NCBI GenBank assembly: GCA_020631995.1
Contig: JACKGJ010000001.1
Location: 97,753-161,752, forward strand
Direction of reading: 5' to 3'
DNA from: Candidatus Nomurabacteria bacterium
GTDB lineage: Bacteria; Patescibacteriota; Minisyncoccia; Phycocordibacterales; UBA918
Length of the DNA: 64,000 bases
How positions within the stretch are numbered: the first letter of the stretch is position 1; every line of letters begins with the position of its first letter. The translations under genes were made by a program, and so were the position numbers. The notes beneath the pieces were generated by a model. That model had not been told where the DNA came from, made no database searches, and worked only from the letters and a program-made list of their open reading frames with translations. Shown here piece after piece: positions 8,763 through 17,824 of this stretch.

Positions 8763-8868
8763 AAAACGGGAGAATTTGCATTCGCTTCAGCCAAATCCCT
8801 CCTGCACTATAGTTTTCTATGTTTTAGTCGTGACTTGTCCTCCAGCGAAAGCAACTTCATCCCGTTTT
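8763..8868 (-). repeat. rod-like palindromic element, family 2 (ATGAAGTTG...CTGAAGCGAA...CAAATTC core)
   Basis: Outer stem AAAACGGG/CCCGTTTT encloses a core whose reverse complement aligns with the elements at 39909-40021 and 46887-47065. Confidence 0.55.
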
Positions 8869-8927
8869 ATTCTTTTTAGAAAATATTTATCGAAATTAGC
8901 ACCACTGCCTCGGTTTTTGGCGTAATC

Positions 8928-10709
8928 TTATTCCTCTTTAATCATTTTCATGAATACTTCTTGAGGTATATGTACTCGGCCACGTTCCAACATCTTCTTC
9001 TTACCCTTCTTTTGCTTATCAAGAAGCTTATTCTTACGTGATACGTCACCACCATAAAGCTTTGCGGTAACATCCTTTCGCATCGCCGAAAGGGTCTTAG
9101 AGGCAATAAAGCGTCCCAGAGCCTTTGTTTGAATTTTTGTAACAAATTGTTGCTTAGGAAGAGTGTTATATAGTTTATCTACTAATACTCTGGCATCGGC
9201 TTCAATTCTCCTAGTGCCAACCACTCGTGAGAAAGCTGGAACAATCTCCTCAGCTACGAATACATCAAGTCGAGCCACATCTGCGGGACGCATCTCGGCA
9301 ATTTCGTAAGAAAGTGAAGCGTAACCACTGGAGGTATTCTTTAACTTATCAAAGAAACCACGCATCAATTCACGAAGAGGCATTTCGATAGTGAGGAGAG
9401 TGCGGCCATCACCGAAGATTTCTGTGTCAATAAGACTAGACTCATGGTCGTAGAGAAGGTTCATTATGTTTCCGATATAGTCAGAAGGGGTAATGATTTG
9501 TCCCAATATCCAAGGTTCACGTACCGTAACACTAGCTCCAAAGTCAGGGAAGCGTGATGCTGCATATATACTCTCTATCCTTCCGTCGTTATAAGTAATT
9601 TCATAAGCAATGGATGGTGAGGTAATAATGATTTCAATATTAAATTCGCGACGCAGTCGCTCGGTCACAATCTCTAAGTGAAGCATACCTAAGAAACCAC
9701 AACGAAAACCTCGTCCCAACACTCCAGACGATTCTTCTTCGTATGATAGTGATGAATCAGACAGACGTAGTCTATCTAGTGCTTGGCGCAAAATAGTGAA
9801 GTCATCTTGGCTGTCTGGGAAAATACTGGCCCAAACAACCGGTTGTACTTCCTTGTAACCTGGCAGTTCCTCTGCCGGACTTTTTTCATTTATAATCGTG
9901 TCGCCCACGTTTGCTATACCAGCCTCTTTAATACCAGTCACAATGTAGCCAATTTCACCAGACTCTAAAGTAGCAGTCGGTATCTCTTGTGGAGAAAGGA
10001 TTCCAACCTCTAACGCTGGGAAGCTTCGCTTCCCAGCCAAAAATCGTAACGTATCTCCTTTCTTAAAACTTCCATCGAACACTCTTAAATAAATAATTAT
10101 TCCGCGATGATTTGAGTATTGAAAGTCAAAAACCAACCCACGTGGCTTTTCGTTCACCGACGACAGAGGTGGTGGTATACGGTCACAGATTAAATCAAGC
10201 AACTCTCGCACTCCCTCCCCCGTCTTACCGGACACTTTCACTATTTCACTCTCGTCACAGTCAATTAACTTTCGTAGCTCTTCTCCCACCTCCTTTATTC
10301 TGGAGTGTGGCGCATCAATTTTGGTGAGAACCGGAATAATCACCAGGCCAAGATCTTTGGCCATCTGGAGAGTACTTAGTGTCTGTGCCTGCACACCCTG
10401 AGTAGAATCCACAAGCAGTAGCACGCCCTCAATCGCACGTAATGCTCTTGAGACCTCATAGGAGAAGTCAATGTGACCTGGTGTATCAATAAGGTTTAGG
10501 ATGTAGTCTTTGCCACCAAATTTGTGCTTCATACGGACCGGCTGCATTTTGATAGTGATGCCCCGTTCCCGCTCCAAATCCATCGAGTCGAGCACCTGAT
10601 CCTTCATTTTGCGAGCTTCCACAGTAGAAGTAACCTCAAGCATACGATCAGCTAGAGTCGACTTTCCGTGGTCGATATGCGCGATAATCCCAAAGTTTCT
10701 AATCTCCAT
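8928..10709 (-). CDS. lepA: elongation factor 4 (LepA)
   Basis: 593 aa; IIAHIDHGKSTLADRMLE G1 motif, DTPGHIDF, LepA-type C-terminus. Confidence 0.95.
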   Translation of the reverse strand: MEIRNFGIIAHIDHGKSTLADRMLEVTSTVEARKMKDQVLDSMDLERERGITIKMQPVRMKHKFGGKDYILNLIDTPGHIDFSYEVSRALRAIEGVLLLVDSTQGVQAQTLSTLQMAKDLGLVIIPVLTKIDAPHSRIKEVGEELRKLIDCDESEIVKVSGKTGEGVRELLDLICDRIPPPLSSVNEKPRGLVFDFQYSNHRGIIIYLRVFDGSFKKGDTLRFLAGKRSFPALEVGILSPQEIPTATLESGEIGYIVTGIKEAGIANVGDTIINEKSPAEELPGYKEVQPVVWASIFPDSQDDFTILRQALDRLRLSDSSLSYEEESSGVLGRGFRCGFLGMLHLEIVTERLRREFNIEIIITSPSIAYEITYNDGRIESIYAASRFPDFGASVTVREPWILGQIITPSDYIGNIMNLLYDHESSLIDTEIFGDGRTLLTIEMPLRELMRGFFDKLKNTSSGYASLSYEIAEMRPADVARLDVFVAEEIVPAFSRVVGTRRIEADARVLVDKLYNTLPKQQFVTKIQTKALGRFIASKTLSAMRKDVTAKLYGGDVSRKNKLLDKQKKGKKKMLERGRVHIPQEVFMKMIKEE

Positions 10710-10718
10710 TGTTGGCCT

Positions 10719-10724
10719 ACTCTA
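10719..10724 (-). promoter_or_regulatory. -10 box (TGTGCTAGAGT) 9 nt upstream of the lepA ATG
   Basis: Minus-strand read GATGTGCTAGAGTAGGCCAACAATG; same TGTGCTA(A/G)AGT motif upstream of tRNA-Arg and tRNA-Gln. Confidence 0.45.
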
Positions 10725-10894
10725 GCACATCAGTTTACAGTTACCAGTTTTAGTTTCTAGTGACAACAGACTTTTTTCAAAAGTAGATGCAGATGTGCTG
10801 GTTGGAAGAATTTTGAGAGGAAGCCTTAGTTAACCTAAGGTGACTGAGCAAAATTCTGAAACCAGTGCAGATGTGCTAATTTTGAAAGAAAGGC

Positions 10895-12559
10895 TTATAT
10901 AATCTCCTCCTGTGGGGCTACCACGTCAGTCTTAAGAAGCTTCTTTTGGAATGATATATAAACCTCGTGAAGTTCTGGACTTTTAAACCAAGCATAAGTA
11001 ATAACAGTACCAAACACTCCAGCACAGCCAGCCAAAAATCCTTGAATAAGGATACCCACGAAACGGGCTTGATCAACCCCCTCTACAATGAAATTAAGAG
11101 TTACGTAGGCAAAGAGTCCTCCAACTGTAGCGGCGCAAAACGCATATATAAGTGACCGTCCAATCCACCTCATTGGTATTGAAAAGGCGCGTGACATAAC
11201 AAACAGCAGAACTAACGACTGCAAGATGACTGCTAAGGTGTATCCGAAGGCGATAGCTAACACTTCTGAGCCAGTCACCCCTTCAAGTCTCATAAAGGCA
11301 GAGACCACCGTATGGATACTAGTTTCAGCTAGATAGAAAGATAAGAAACCGTAAGCTGAGGCGATAGCTAAGAGTGAACCAAGAAAAGTGACTACGAAAG
11401 GTACCAGAGTTTTGCCCCCAGCATAGAAAGCTCGTATCACTACTAAGTTAATGGCCTGAGCAAGAAGTGATATGACTAGAAGTGCCAAAACTGCCGCAGT
11501 GAGCCGTGTGTCGGCCCAGTCGAAAGCACCACTACCAAGCACTACACGCACTATCTGTGCACGCAAAACAACAATGAGTGCAATAGCTGGAACTGACCAA
11601 AAGACAATATGCCGGAGTGAGGTTGTTATATGCAGAGAGAATTCTGCACGCATTTGCTTACCATAAAGTTCAGCCAACATTGGAAAAGCAGCTACCGAAT
11701 AAGACACCCCAATGATAGCAAGTGGTACAGATTGAAGGTTGTACGCAAACTGGAATATAGCTACCGACCCCACCGTCATCGCACTCGCTAGCCCCACCAA
11801 GAACAACAGTACGATTTGTTGCATCGAGAGGGTAAGAGCTCGCGGGATTGATAGAGTCAGGATTCTGCCAATTTCCTGCCAATTGAACTTGAAGGCTAGA
11901 CCAATAGATAACTCACTCCGTCTAACAAACGGCCACTGCACAATGAGATGAAGAAAAGCACCTAATACAACACCAAGTCCAAGTCCAAGAAGTCCGAAGA
12001 GTGGATAAAGGAAAAGAATACCGATGATAATACCGAAGTTGTATGTGAGTGGTGAGATGGCATAGAGCACAAATCTGTGACCGAGCTGAGTCACCACTCC
12101 GAAGAGGCTTGAGATACCAAGCAGAAATGGTTGAAGGAGTAGTAGTTGGGAAAGCAGGACAAGAGACCCAGTATCCTCAATACCTGGAAACAACTTTGGT
12201 ACAAAGTATGGAGCCGAAAAGAATGCTAATATCCCAAACAACGAGTAGGCTAAAAGAAACAAGGTAAAGACTTGAGATAAGAGGTGACTCCCCTCTTTTC
12301 CCGCTCGAGTTACAAACGGTATCAAGACATAGACCGACAAGGTCGATGCGAACAGTACAAACAGTAAGTCTGGTAAACGGAAAGCTGCGTAATAAATATC
12401 GAGCTCGGCACCAGCACCAAACTGATGAGCTAAGAGACGATCGCGCAGTAATGCCAGGAGCTGTGAACCGATGGCGAACATCGCCAACACGTACGCAGCC
12501 TGATGTAGGCCACGTACCTCTTGATACATTAGAGCAAAGACTCGCCGTACCATAAGCAA
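10895..12559 (-). CDS. murJ: lipid II flippase MurJ (MviN family)
   Basis: 554 aa polytopic; N-terminal pattern SQLLALLRDRLLAHQFGAGAELDIYYAAFRLPDLLF typical of MurJ. Confidence 0.85.
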   Translation of the reverse strand: MLMVRRVFALMYQEVRGLHQAAYVLAMFAIGSQLLALLRDRLLAHQFGAGAELDIYYAAFRLPDLLFVLFASTLSVYVLIPFVTRAGKEGSHLLSQVFTLFLLAYSLFGILAFFSAPYFVPKLFPGIEDTGSLVLLSQLLLLQPFLLGISSLFGVVTQLGHRFVLYAISPLTYNFGIIIGILFLYPLFGLLGLGLGVVLGAFLHLIVQWPFVRRSELSIGLAFKFNWQEIGRILTLSIPRALTLSMQQIVLLFLVGLASAMTVGSVAIFQFAYNLQSVPLAIIGVSYSVAAFPMLAELYGKQMRAEFSLHITTSLRHIVFWSVPAIALIVVLRAQIVRVVLGSGAFDWADTRLTAAVLALLVISLLAQAINLVVIRAFYAGGKTLVPFVVTFLGSLLAIASAYGFLSFYLAETSIHTVVSAFMRLEGVTGSEVLAIAFGYTLAVILQSLVLLFVMSRAFSIPMRWIGRSLIYAFCAATVGGLFAYVTLNFIVEGVDQARFVGILIQGFLAGCAGVFGTVITYAWFKSPELHEVYISFQKKLLKTDVVAPQEEII

Positions 12560-15031
12560 CTATTGGTCCGTTTCGTTAATTTCAGTTGCAGTGTTATCAG
12601 ATGGTACCGGATTTGGTGAAGTGACCAAACCGCTTTGAAGATCACTTTCAGTCACTGGACCGTCTTCTGGGTCACGCTCGGGCACAACTTCACCTTCGGT
12701 TAGAGATTGTGAGAGTGAACCATTTTCTCGTAACTGTGTAATTAGATCATCAACAACGGTATTTGATTCATTTAACCCACGAACCACCATCAACTGCTCA
12801 ATTGCCGCTTCAACCTTACCTTGCTCAGCATAACCAAGAGCTAAGAAATATCGTGCATTCGCATATTGTGGATCTAGTAGCACTGCCTGTTCAAAAGCAG
12901 TAACTGCCTCATTTAGTTGATTGTTGGAAGCTAATAAAACTCCTAATTGATATCGGCGTGCAGGATTTTGTGGTTCTAATTGAGCAATACCATTCACAAT
13001 AACAATCGCTCGCTCAACATTTCCATCATTAATATCAAGCTGAGCTAGGAAGAACAGTGCCTCAGTGAAGTTACCTTTCTTGCGTACTGCCTCTTCTGCA
13101 CCAACTCGAGCCAAGGCTGTATCACCAGAAGATATTGCTAAATCAGCTTCTAACAAATCAAGAATCGGATTTTGAGGGTCATATGTTTTTGCTGTAGCAA
13201 ATGACTCACGCGCCCTATCTCCCGCACCCTCAAGACCAATCAGTGATAAGACCGAGTAAACTTGTCCAGCTAATTGATGATTGAAAGGATCAGTCGGGTC
13301 AAGTGTGATAGCTGTGTTGGCAGCTTCGATTGCTCTAGATGCTGATTCCTGGAAGATTTGTTGTTCAGTAGCACTTGGTTCGGAGACACCAAGGATCGTG
13401 CGCATTCTGGATAGGTTGTGGAAAGCAATCTGTTGAGCAAAAACATCATTAGCAGAGATATTAAATGCCCCTACGATCTTATCGTTCAGAGAATCTACAG
13501 TATCCCCTTCTGCAACCGTACCCATTGCATGATTAAACTTATATACTGCCAGCATCTCAGTAGCTCCTGCGTAAGCGACATAACCAGTAGCAGAAACTGC
13601 ACTAACTGCTAACACAATAAGAACGATGCCGTAAGCTTTTCCTTTGGAAGCATTAATAACAATCGAGCGGACTGGCATTAATCTGAGGTAGGAAGCCAAG
13701 AAAATACCTGTGGTAATAGCACCAAGCAATAAAATACTTGGTGGTGGAACATATACCAGACTCATTACTAATAGATACACACTAGAAGTTAATGACGATA
13801 GACCAATGAAGTGCCAGAATTGATCAGTTGTCGGAGCTCTCATAACGAAGCGAGAACCACTCCAAATTAGTCCTCCTATAAATATTAAGTAGGCAATAAC
13901 ACCAGCCAAACCAGTACCGATTATTGATGTTGCAACATAACTAAAGCCGGAATCAAATGGGGTGTTCCAAAATATAGTTTGGTTAATAGCTTGGTCCTTA
14001 TGAACTCGCCACACATCTACAAAACGATTGGGACCGGCGCCTAGGAGTAAATTATCTTCATACACAGCGCGGGTAATATCCACCGTCGCACTCATTGATG
14101 GTCTTACTTCAAGGAAGGATATATTCAACTTTTCACCAATCATTGCTCCTAGAGTATTCCCACCCAAAATGAATATAACTGCCATTACAAAGATCACAAC
14201 AGCAGAAATTAATATATCGAATGAATCCTTTTGATCGTCACGTCCATCCTTTTTCCAGATATGGCGCACCAGGTGATACAAACCGATTACTCCACTAACG
14301 ATCGCCAAGACCCACCAAGCTGGTACGAAATTTATAACTGCAAGCATCAAGAGAGACAAAACCATCACACCCATTGCAATATTGCGTCCAGTGCGACTAA
14401 GTGGCAGTTGTTGAAGAGCCATTAAAACCAAAAGTACAATTAGTCCATACAAGATAGCTAAACCATTCCAACTACCTACTAGCGAAGATGTTGGACTATT
14501 GAATACAGAAAATGACAACACTTCTGGGCCAAATATGATTCTAATGATATGAAAGAGTGATAACACGATCGCAGAAAAAATCAGTACGCCATACAAGCGA
14601 ATCACCATTTGCTTACTATGATGAAACGAAGCAGTCACCGTTACTATCAATGCAACCAAGAAAGCGAAGTAAGCAGTGTAACTATCAAGTCCGTTCCCAA
14701 AAAGGGCGTCTCGAGTATCACCAGAAAGTAAGGCTGAAACGAAGGTTACAACTGCAATACTCCATACACCTAATAAAATTGGAGAGAAACGCAAATTTAG
14801 ACTACCTTCACGCAACATTGCCATCACGATGAACAACATTGCTAACACAACAGCTAAAGTAATCAACAATACTTTACCTCCAGAAAAAGGAACAAAAGTT
14901 GAGGGGATAAATAAGATTGGTAATAGTCCCCCAACAGCTACCAAAATAACCTGAGCAATAGCGAGTAATTTTTCAGCTAACTTATCCTTGGTGGAAGTGG
15001 CAGAAGCAGGGTGAAACATTGGTAAATCCAT
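12560..15031 (-). CDS. large polytopic membrane protein with C-terminal TPR repeats (O-antigen-ligase/Wzy-like topology suspected)
   Basis: 823 aa; about 450 aa of TM helices, then TPR-like repeats (DPQNP..., EPQNPARRYQLGVLLASNNQLNEAVTAFEQAVLLDPQYANARYFLALGYAEQG). Confidence 0.6.
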   Translation of the reverse strand: MDLPMFHPASATSTKDKLAEKLLAIAQVILVAVGGLLPILFIPSTFVPFSGGKVLLITLAVVLAMLFIVMAMLREGSLNLRFSPILLGVWSIAVVTFVSALLSGDTRDALFGNGLDSYTAYFAFLVALIVTVTASFHHSKQMVIRLYGVLIFSAIVLSLFHIIRIIFGPEVLSFSVFNSPTSSLVGSWNGLAILYGLIVLLVLMALQQLPLSRTGRNIAMGVMVLSLLMLAVINFVPAWWVLAIVSGVIGLYHLVRHIWKKDGRDDQKDSFDILISAVVIFVMAVIFILGGNTLGAMIGEKLNISFLEVRPSMSATVDITRAVYEDNLLLGAGPNRFVDVWRVHKDQAINQTIFWNTPFDSGFSYVATSIIGTGLAGVIAYLIFIGGLIWSGSRFVMRAPTTDQFWHFIGLSSLTSSVYLLVMSLVYVPPPSILLLGAITTGIFLASYLRLMPVRSIVINASKGKAYGIVLIVLAVSAVSATGYVAYAGATEMLAVYKFNHAMGTVAEGDTVDSLNDKIVGAFNISANDVFAQQIAFHNLSRMRTILGVSEPSATEQQIFQESASRAIEAANTAITLDPTDPFNHQLAGQVYSVLSLIGLEGAGDRARESFATAKTYDPQNPILDLLEADLAISSGDTALARVGAEEAVRKKGNFTEALFFLAQLDINDGNVERAIVIVNGIAQLEPQNPARRYQLGVLLASNNQLNEAVTAFEQAVLLDPQYANARYFLALGYAEQGKVEAAIEQLMVVRGLNESNTVVDDLITQLRENGSLSQSLTEGEVVPERDPEDGPVTESDLQSGLVTSPNPVPSDNTATEINETDQ

Positions 15032-15087
15032 AAACGTTGTAGGTAAACTAAATTATTAAACTTTAATAAGCTAATTTTAACACAACA

Positions 15088-15110
15088 CAAAACCCCCTTG
15101 CGGGGGTTTT
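15088..15110 (-). terminator. terminator of rnpB
   Basis: AAAACCCCCGCAAGGGGGTTTTGTG on the minus strand. Confidence 0.75.
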
Positions 15111-15506
15111 GGTGTTCATAAGCCGGATTCTGTGCCGTCACAGGCAAGCCTGTGACGGCGATGGTCATATACCTGGGATGAATGTTGCCATCCACCTCTT
15201 GCGGCTCTCAACTCTAGAAACAAAAGCATCTAGAGAAGCACGGCCTTGCATACGGGTAGGAATTTTGCCGTTTCACCTGACTGTTTCCAGCCAACTAACC
15301 CTTACGGGTCTCTTTGCCTCTCAGCGCAGACGTCTCTGCTCGCATCCCTCTCAAGTACAACACATAAATGCTATGCGCTTGAGCGACGGGTGTTACCCGC
15401 TACCTGTTTACGACCGAAGTCGTGTATGTCCGGACTTTCCTCCCCCCATCACTTTTAAGTATGTTACAAAAACCTACGCAAAAGTGATGGGGGGCGACCA
15501 TCGAAC
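15111..15506 (-). ncRNA. rnpB: RNase P RNA, bacterial type A
   Basis: Minus strand contains GGAGGAAAGTCCGGAC (CR-I) and ACAGAATCCGGCTTATGAAC (CR-V/P4) at the expected spacing. TATAAT box at 15513-15518. Track ORFs 15109-15531 and 15246-15458 are artefacts of this RNA. Confidence 0.9.
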
Positions 15507-15512
15507 TTTAAT

Positions 15513-15518
15513 ATTATA
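15513..15518 (-). promoter_or_regulatory. -10 box (TATAAT) of rnpB
   Basis: Minus-strand read CAATTGTATAATATTAAAGTTCG. Confidence 0.5.
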
Positions 15519-15532
15519 CAATTGTTTTTAAT

Positions 15533-16033
15533 TTAACGCAAATCTGACGGCAACTTATTTTCTGGAATAGTAACCTTATCACCCACATTTATATTGAAAG
15601 TGGAGGTAAAGAAAGCATTCACCTCCACCACAAAGCGTGCAGGCACAGGAGAATAATACGTAGCGGGGTATGATTCAGGCCGCACATTTCTTTCTATATG
15701 GACTATTTTCTGGTTGTTATTTATCCAAATAATATCTAGTGAGATTAATGTGTCTTTCATCCAAAATCCGTGTCTCCCCTCCTTTTCAAAGACAAAAAGC
15801 ATACCTTCGTTTTCAGGTAGCGCACTCACTCCAGACAGTCCCTTCTCTCGTTCTTCTGGTGTAACTACTGTAGTTACCAGAACTGGCACATCACGTAAAA
15901 AGACTGATGACTTTTGTACTCCATATAAATAATTAAGCACAGGACCACTGTAGTTTTGGTGCAAAAAAAACACGACACCAAAAATTGTCAGGATAATGAT
16001 CACATCTATTAAAATGCGGAGAATGGAAGACAC
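15533..16033 (-). CDS. DUF192 family protein
   Basis: 166 aa; signal anchor, then GLSGVSALPENEGMLFVFEKEGRHGFWMKDTLISLDIIWI... typical of DUF192/COG1430. Confidence 0.75.
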   Translation of the reverse strand: MSSILRILIDVIIILTIFGVVFFLHQNYSGPVLNYLYGVQKSSVFLRDVPVLVTTVVTPEEREKGLSGVSALPENEGMLFVFEKEGRHGFWMKDTLISLDIIWINNNQKIVHIERNVRPESYPATYYSPVPARFVVEVNAFFTSTFNINVGDKVTIPENKLPSDLR

Positions 16034-16128
16034 GAGTTCATACTAGCACTTTCAAGTCATTCAAATGTGTGACGCTTGAAATATTTGGGGATATATGGTA
16101 TGGTGTGCGCAAGCTTTTGATACTTGTG

Positions 16129-16342
16129 TGGTGTGAGAAAGCTTACAGTGCTTTCGCAAGACCTTTTGAGATATTTTGTAATTCCGAGCTTGTCGAGGAA
16201 GAAACAAAATATACAAAAGGTGTACCGCATCCGTAGGATGAGGAAGCCTGGGAGGCTTTCGCAAGACCTTGCCTGACAATTTATGAGGCGTATAAGCCTC
16301 TATCAATAAATGTCGATAAGGTGTACAGCGACTGTAAGTCGC
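16129..16342 (-). repeat. two tandem copies of the family 1 hairpin core (not tRNA-linked)
   Basis: Minus-strand reads CATCC-TAC-GGATG-C-GGTACACC + long hairpin ACCTTTTGTATATTTTGT/ACAAAATATCTCAAAAGGT + GGTCTTGCGAAAGC..., and GCGAC-TTACA-GTCGC-T-GTACACC + ACCTTATCGACATTTAT/ATAAATTGTCAGGCAAGGT + GGTCTTGCGAAAGC... Confidence 0.65.
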
Positions 16343-16483
16343 AACTACCTCAAGTTTCACCTAATATTACTATCCGCACACCCCTACAGCTACTTTACAT
16401 ACTATTAGAAGAGCGCTTGACGGCGCGATGAAAAGTGACGAGGGTAAACAAGGAGCGCAAGATGCGCTTCTAAAATTAAAATA

Positions 16484-17764
16484 ATGCAAACAAAATATTC
16501 CCGACCAGCCAGAAGTGGCGGTCGCCGTCCGTTTTCGGGTGGTGGCGCAACACGTTCAAGTGGAGGAGCATCACGACGTTTTTCAAGTGGAGGACGCTCT
16601 CAAGGTGGTTCTCGTTATCCATCTCGCGGTGGAGGTGGTGGAGGTGGACGTCGTAAGACCCCAACCTTTGACCCATCAAAATTTATAAATACTAATCCCC
16701 AGTCAGAAACTGAGGAAGTATACGAAGCAAAGAACCGTTTTTCCACTTTTGGTTTAAACGACCGCTTTGCTCGTGCCATCGTTGCCAACGGACTAGAAAT
16801 ACCTTCTCCAATTCAGGACCAGGTTATTCCACTTATTCTTGATGGTCACGATGTTATCGGACTAGCTGAAACTGGTACTGGTAAGACTGCTGCTTTCTTG
16901 GTTCCTTTGATTGAAAAGACTCTGCGTGATTATTCACGTCAGACTCTAATTTTAGCTCCAACTCGTGAACTTGCTATCCAGATTGAAGCTGAGCTTCGTA
17001 AGTTGGCTAGTAAAGAACGTATCTACTCAACAGTATGTGTTGGTGGTACCAGTATGCACCCACAAGTGCGCGCACTTCGTCGAAAAAACCATTTCGTTAT
17101 CGGTACTCCAGGGCGTGTCTTGGACCTAATCGAAAGAGGTTATATTAAGACCGAGAGCTTCAGTGCTGTCGTTCTTGATGAAGCTGACCGTATGCTTGAT
17201 ATGGGATTCATTACCGACATTCGTGAAATCTTAAAATCAATTCCAAAAGAACGTGACACCCTCTTCTTCTCTGCCACCATCACTGATGATGCTAAGAAGT
17301 TGGTTAACGACTTTATGAAGGACCCGAAGACTGTTTCAGTAAAGAAAAAGGATGTTATCAATAGCATCAAGCAAGATGTGGTCACTCACGGACATCATAA
17401 TAAGTTCGAAACACTAGCTAACCTTTTGAAACAACCAGAATTTGCTCGTGTAATTATCTTCGGAGCAATGAAACACAGTGTTGAAAAGCTGGCTAATGAA
17501 CTTACTGCCGCTGGAATCAAATCAGAATCGATTCACGGCAACAAGAGCCATCCACAACGACAACGTGCTTTAACCTCTTTCAAGAGTGGTCGGGTACAAG
17601 TATTGGTAGCGACAGACGTAGCTGCTCGTGGTATCCACGTCGACAACGTCACTCACGTTATAAACTACGATTTACCTAATACTTTTGAAGATTACGTACA
17701 CCGTATCGGTCGTACTGGTCGTGGCTCTAAGCGAGGTATCGCTCTCACTTTCGTAGCCGGTTAA
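16484..17764 (+). CDS. DEAD-box ATP-dependent RNA helicase with N-terminal Arg/Gly/Ser-rich tail
   Basis: AETGTGKT, VLDEADRMLDMGF, SAT, HRIGRTGR motifs; the first ~60 aa are RGG/RSS repeats. Confidence 0.9.
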   Translation: MQTKYSRPARSGGRRPFSGGGATRSSGGASRRFSSGGRSQGGSRYPSRGGGGGGGRRKTPTFDPSKFINTNPQSETEEVYEAKNRFSTFGLNDRFARAIVANGLEIPSPIQDQVIPLILDGHDVIGLAETGTGKTAAFLVPLIEKTLRDYSRQTLILAPTRELAIQIEAELRKLASKERIYSTVCVGGTSMHPQVRALRRKNHFVIGTPGRVLDLIERGYIKTESFSAVVLDEADRMLDMGFITDIREILKSIPKERDTLFFSATITDDAKKLVNDFMKDPKTVSVKKKDVINSIKQDVVTHGHHNKFETLANLLKQPEFARVIIFGAMKHSVEKLANELTAAGIKSESIHGNKSHPQRQRALTSFKSGRVQVLVATDVAARGIHVDNVTHVINYDLPNTFEDYVHRIGRTGRGSKRGIALTFVAG

Positions 17765-17789
17765 ACGACTATAGACTGAAGAACAACAA

Positions 17790-17822
17790 AAACCGACAGC
17801 ATAGCTGTTGGTTTTTGTTTTA
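17790..17822 (+). terminator. terminator after the helicase
   Basis: Stem ACCGACAGC/GCTGTTGGT plus TTTTTGTTTT. Confidence 0.65.
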
Positions 17823-17824
17823 CC

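Noticed and set aside
15109-15531. 140-aa and 70-aa plus-strand track ORFs
   Set aside because: They lie entirely antisense to RNase P RNA (GGAGGAAAGTCCGGAC and ACAGAATCCGGCTTAT on the minus strand). They have no SD, and the G+C-rich structured RNA explains the open frames.
16061-16679. 99-aa and 67-aa minus-strand ORFs in and next to the DUF192/helicase spacer
   Set aside because: The first covers the tandem structured repeats. The second is antisense to the RGG-coding 5' end of the helicase. Both are low-complexity artefacts.
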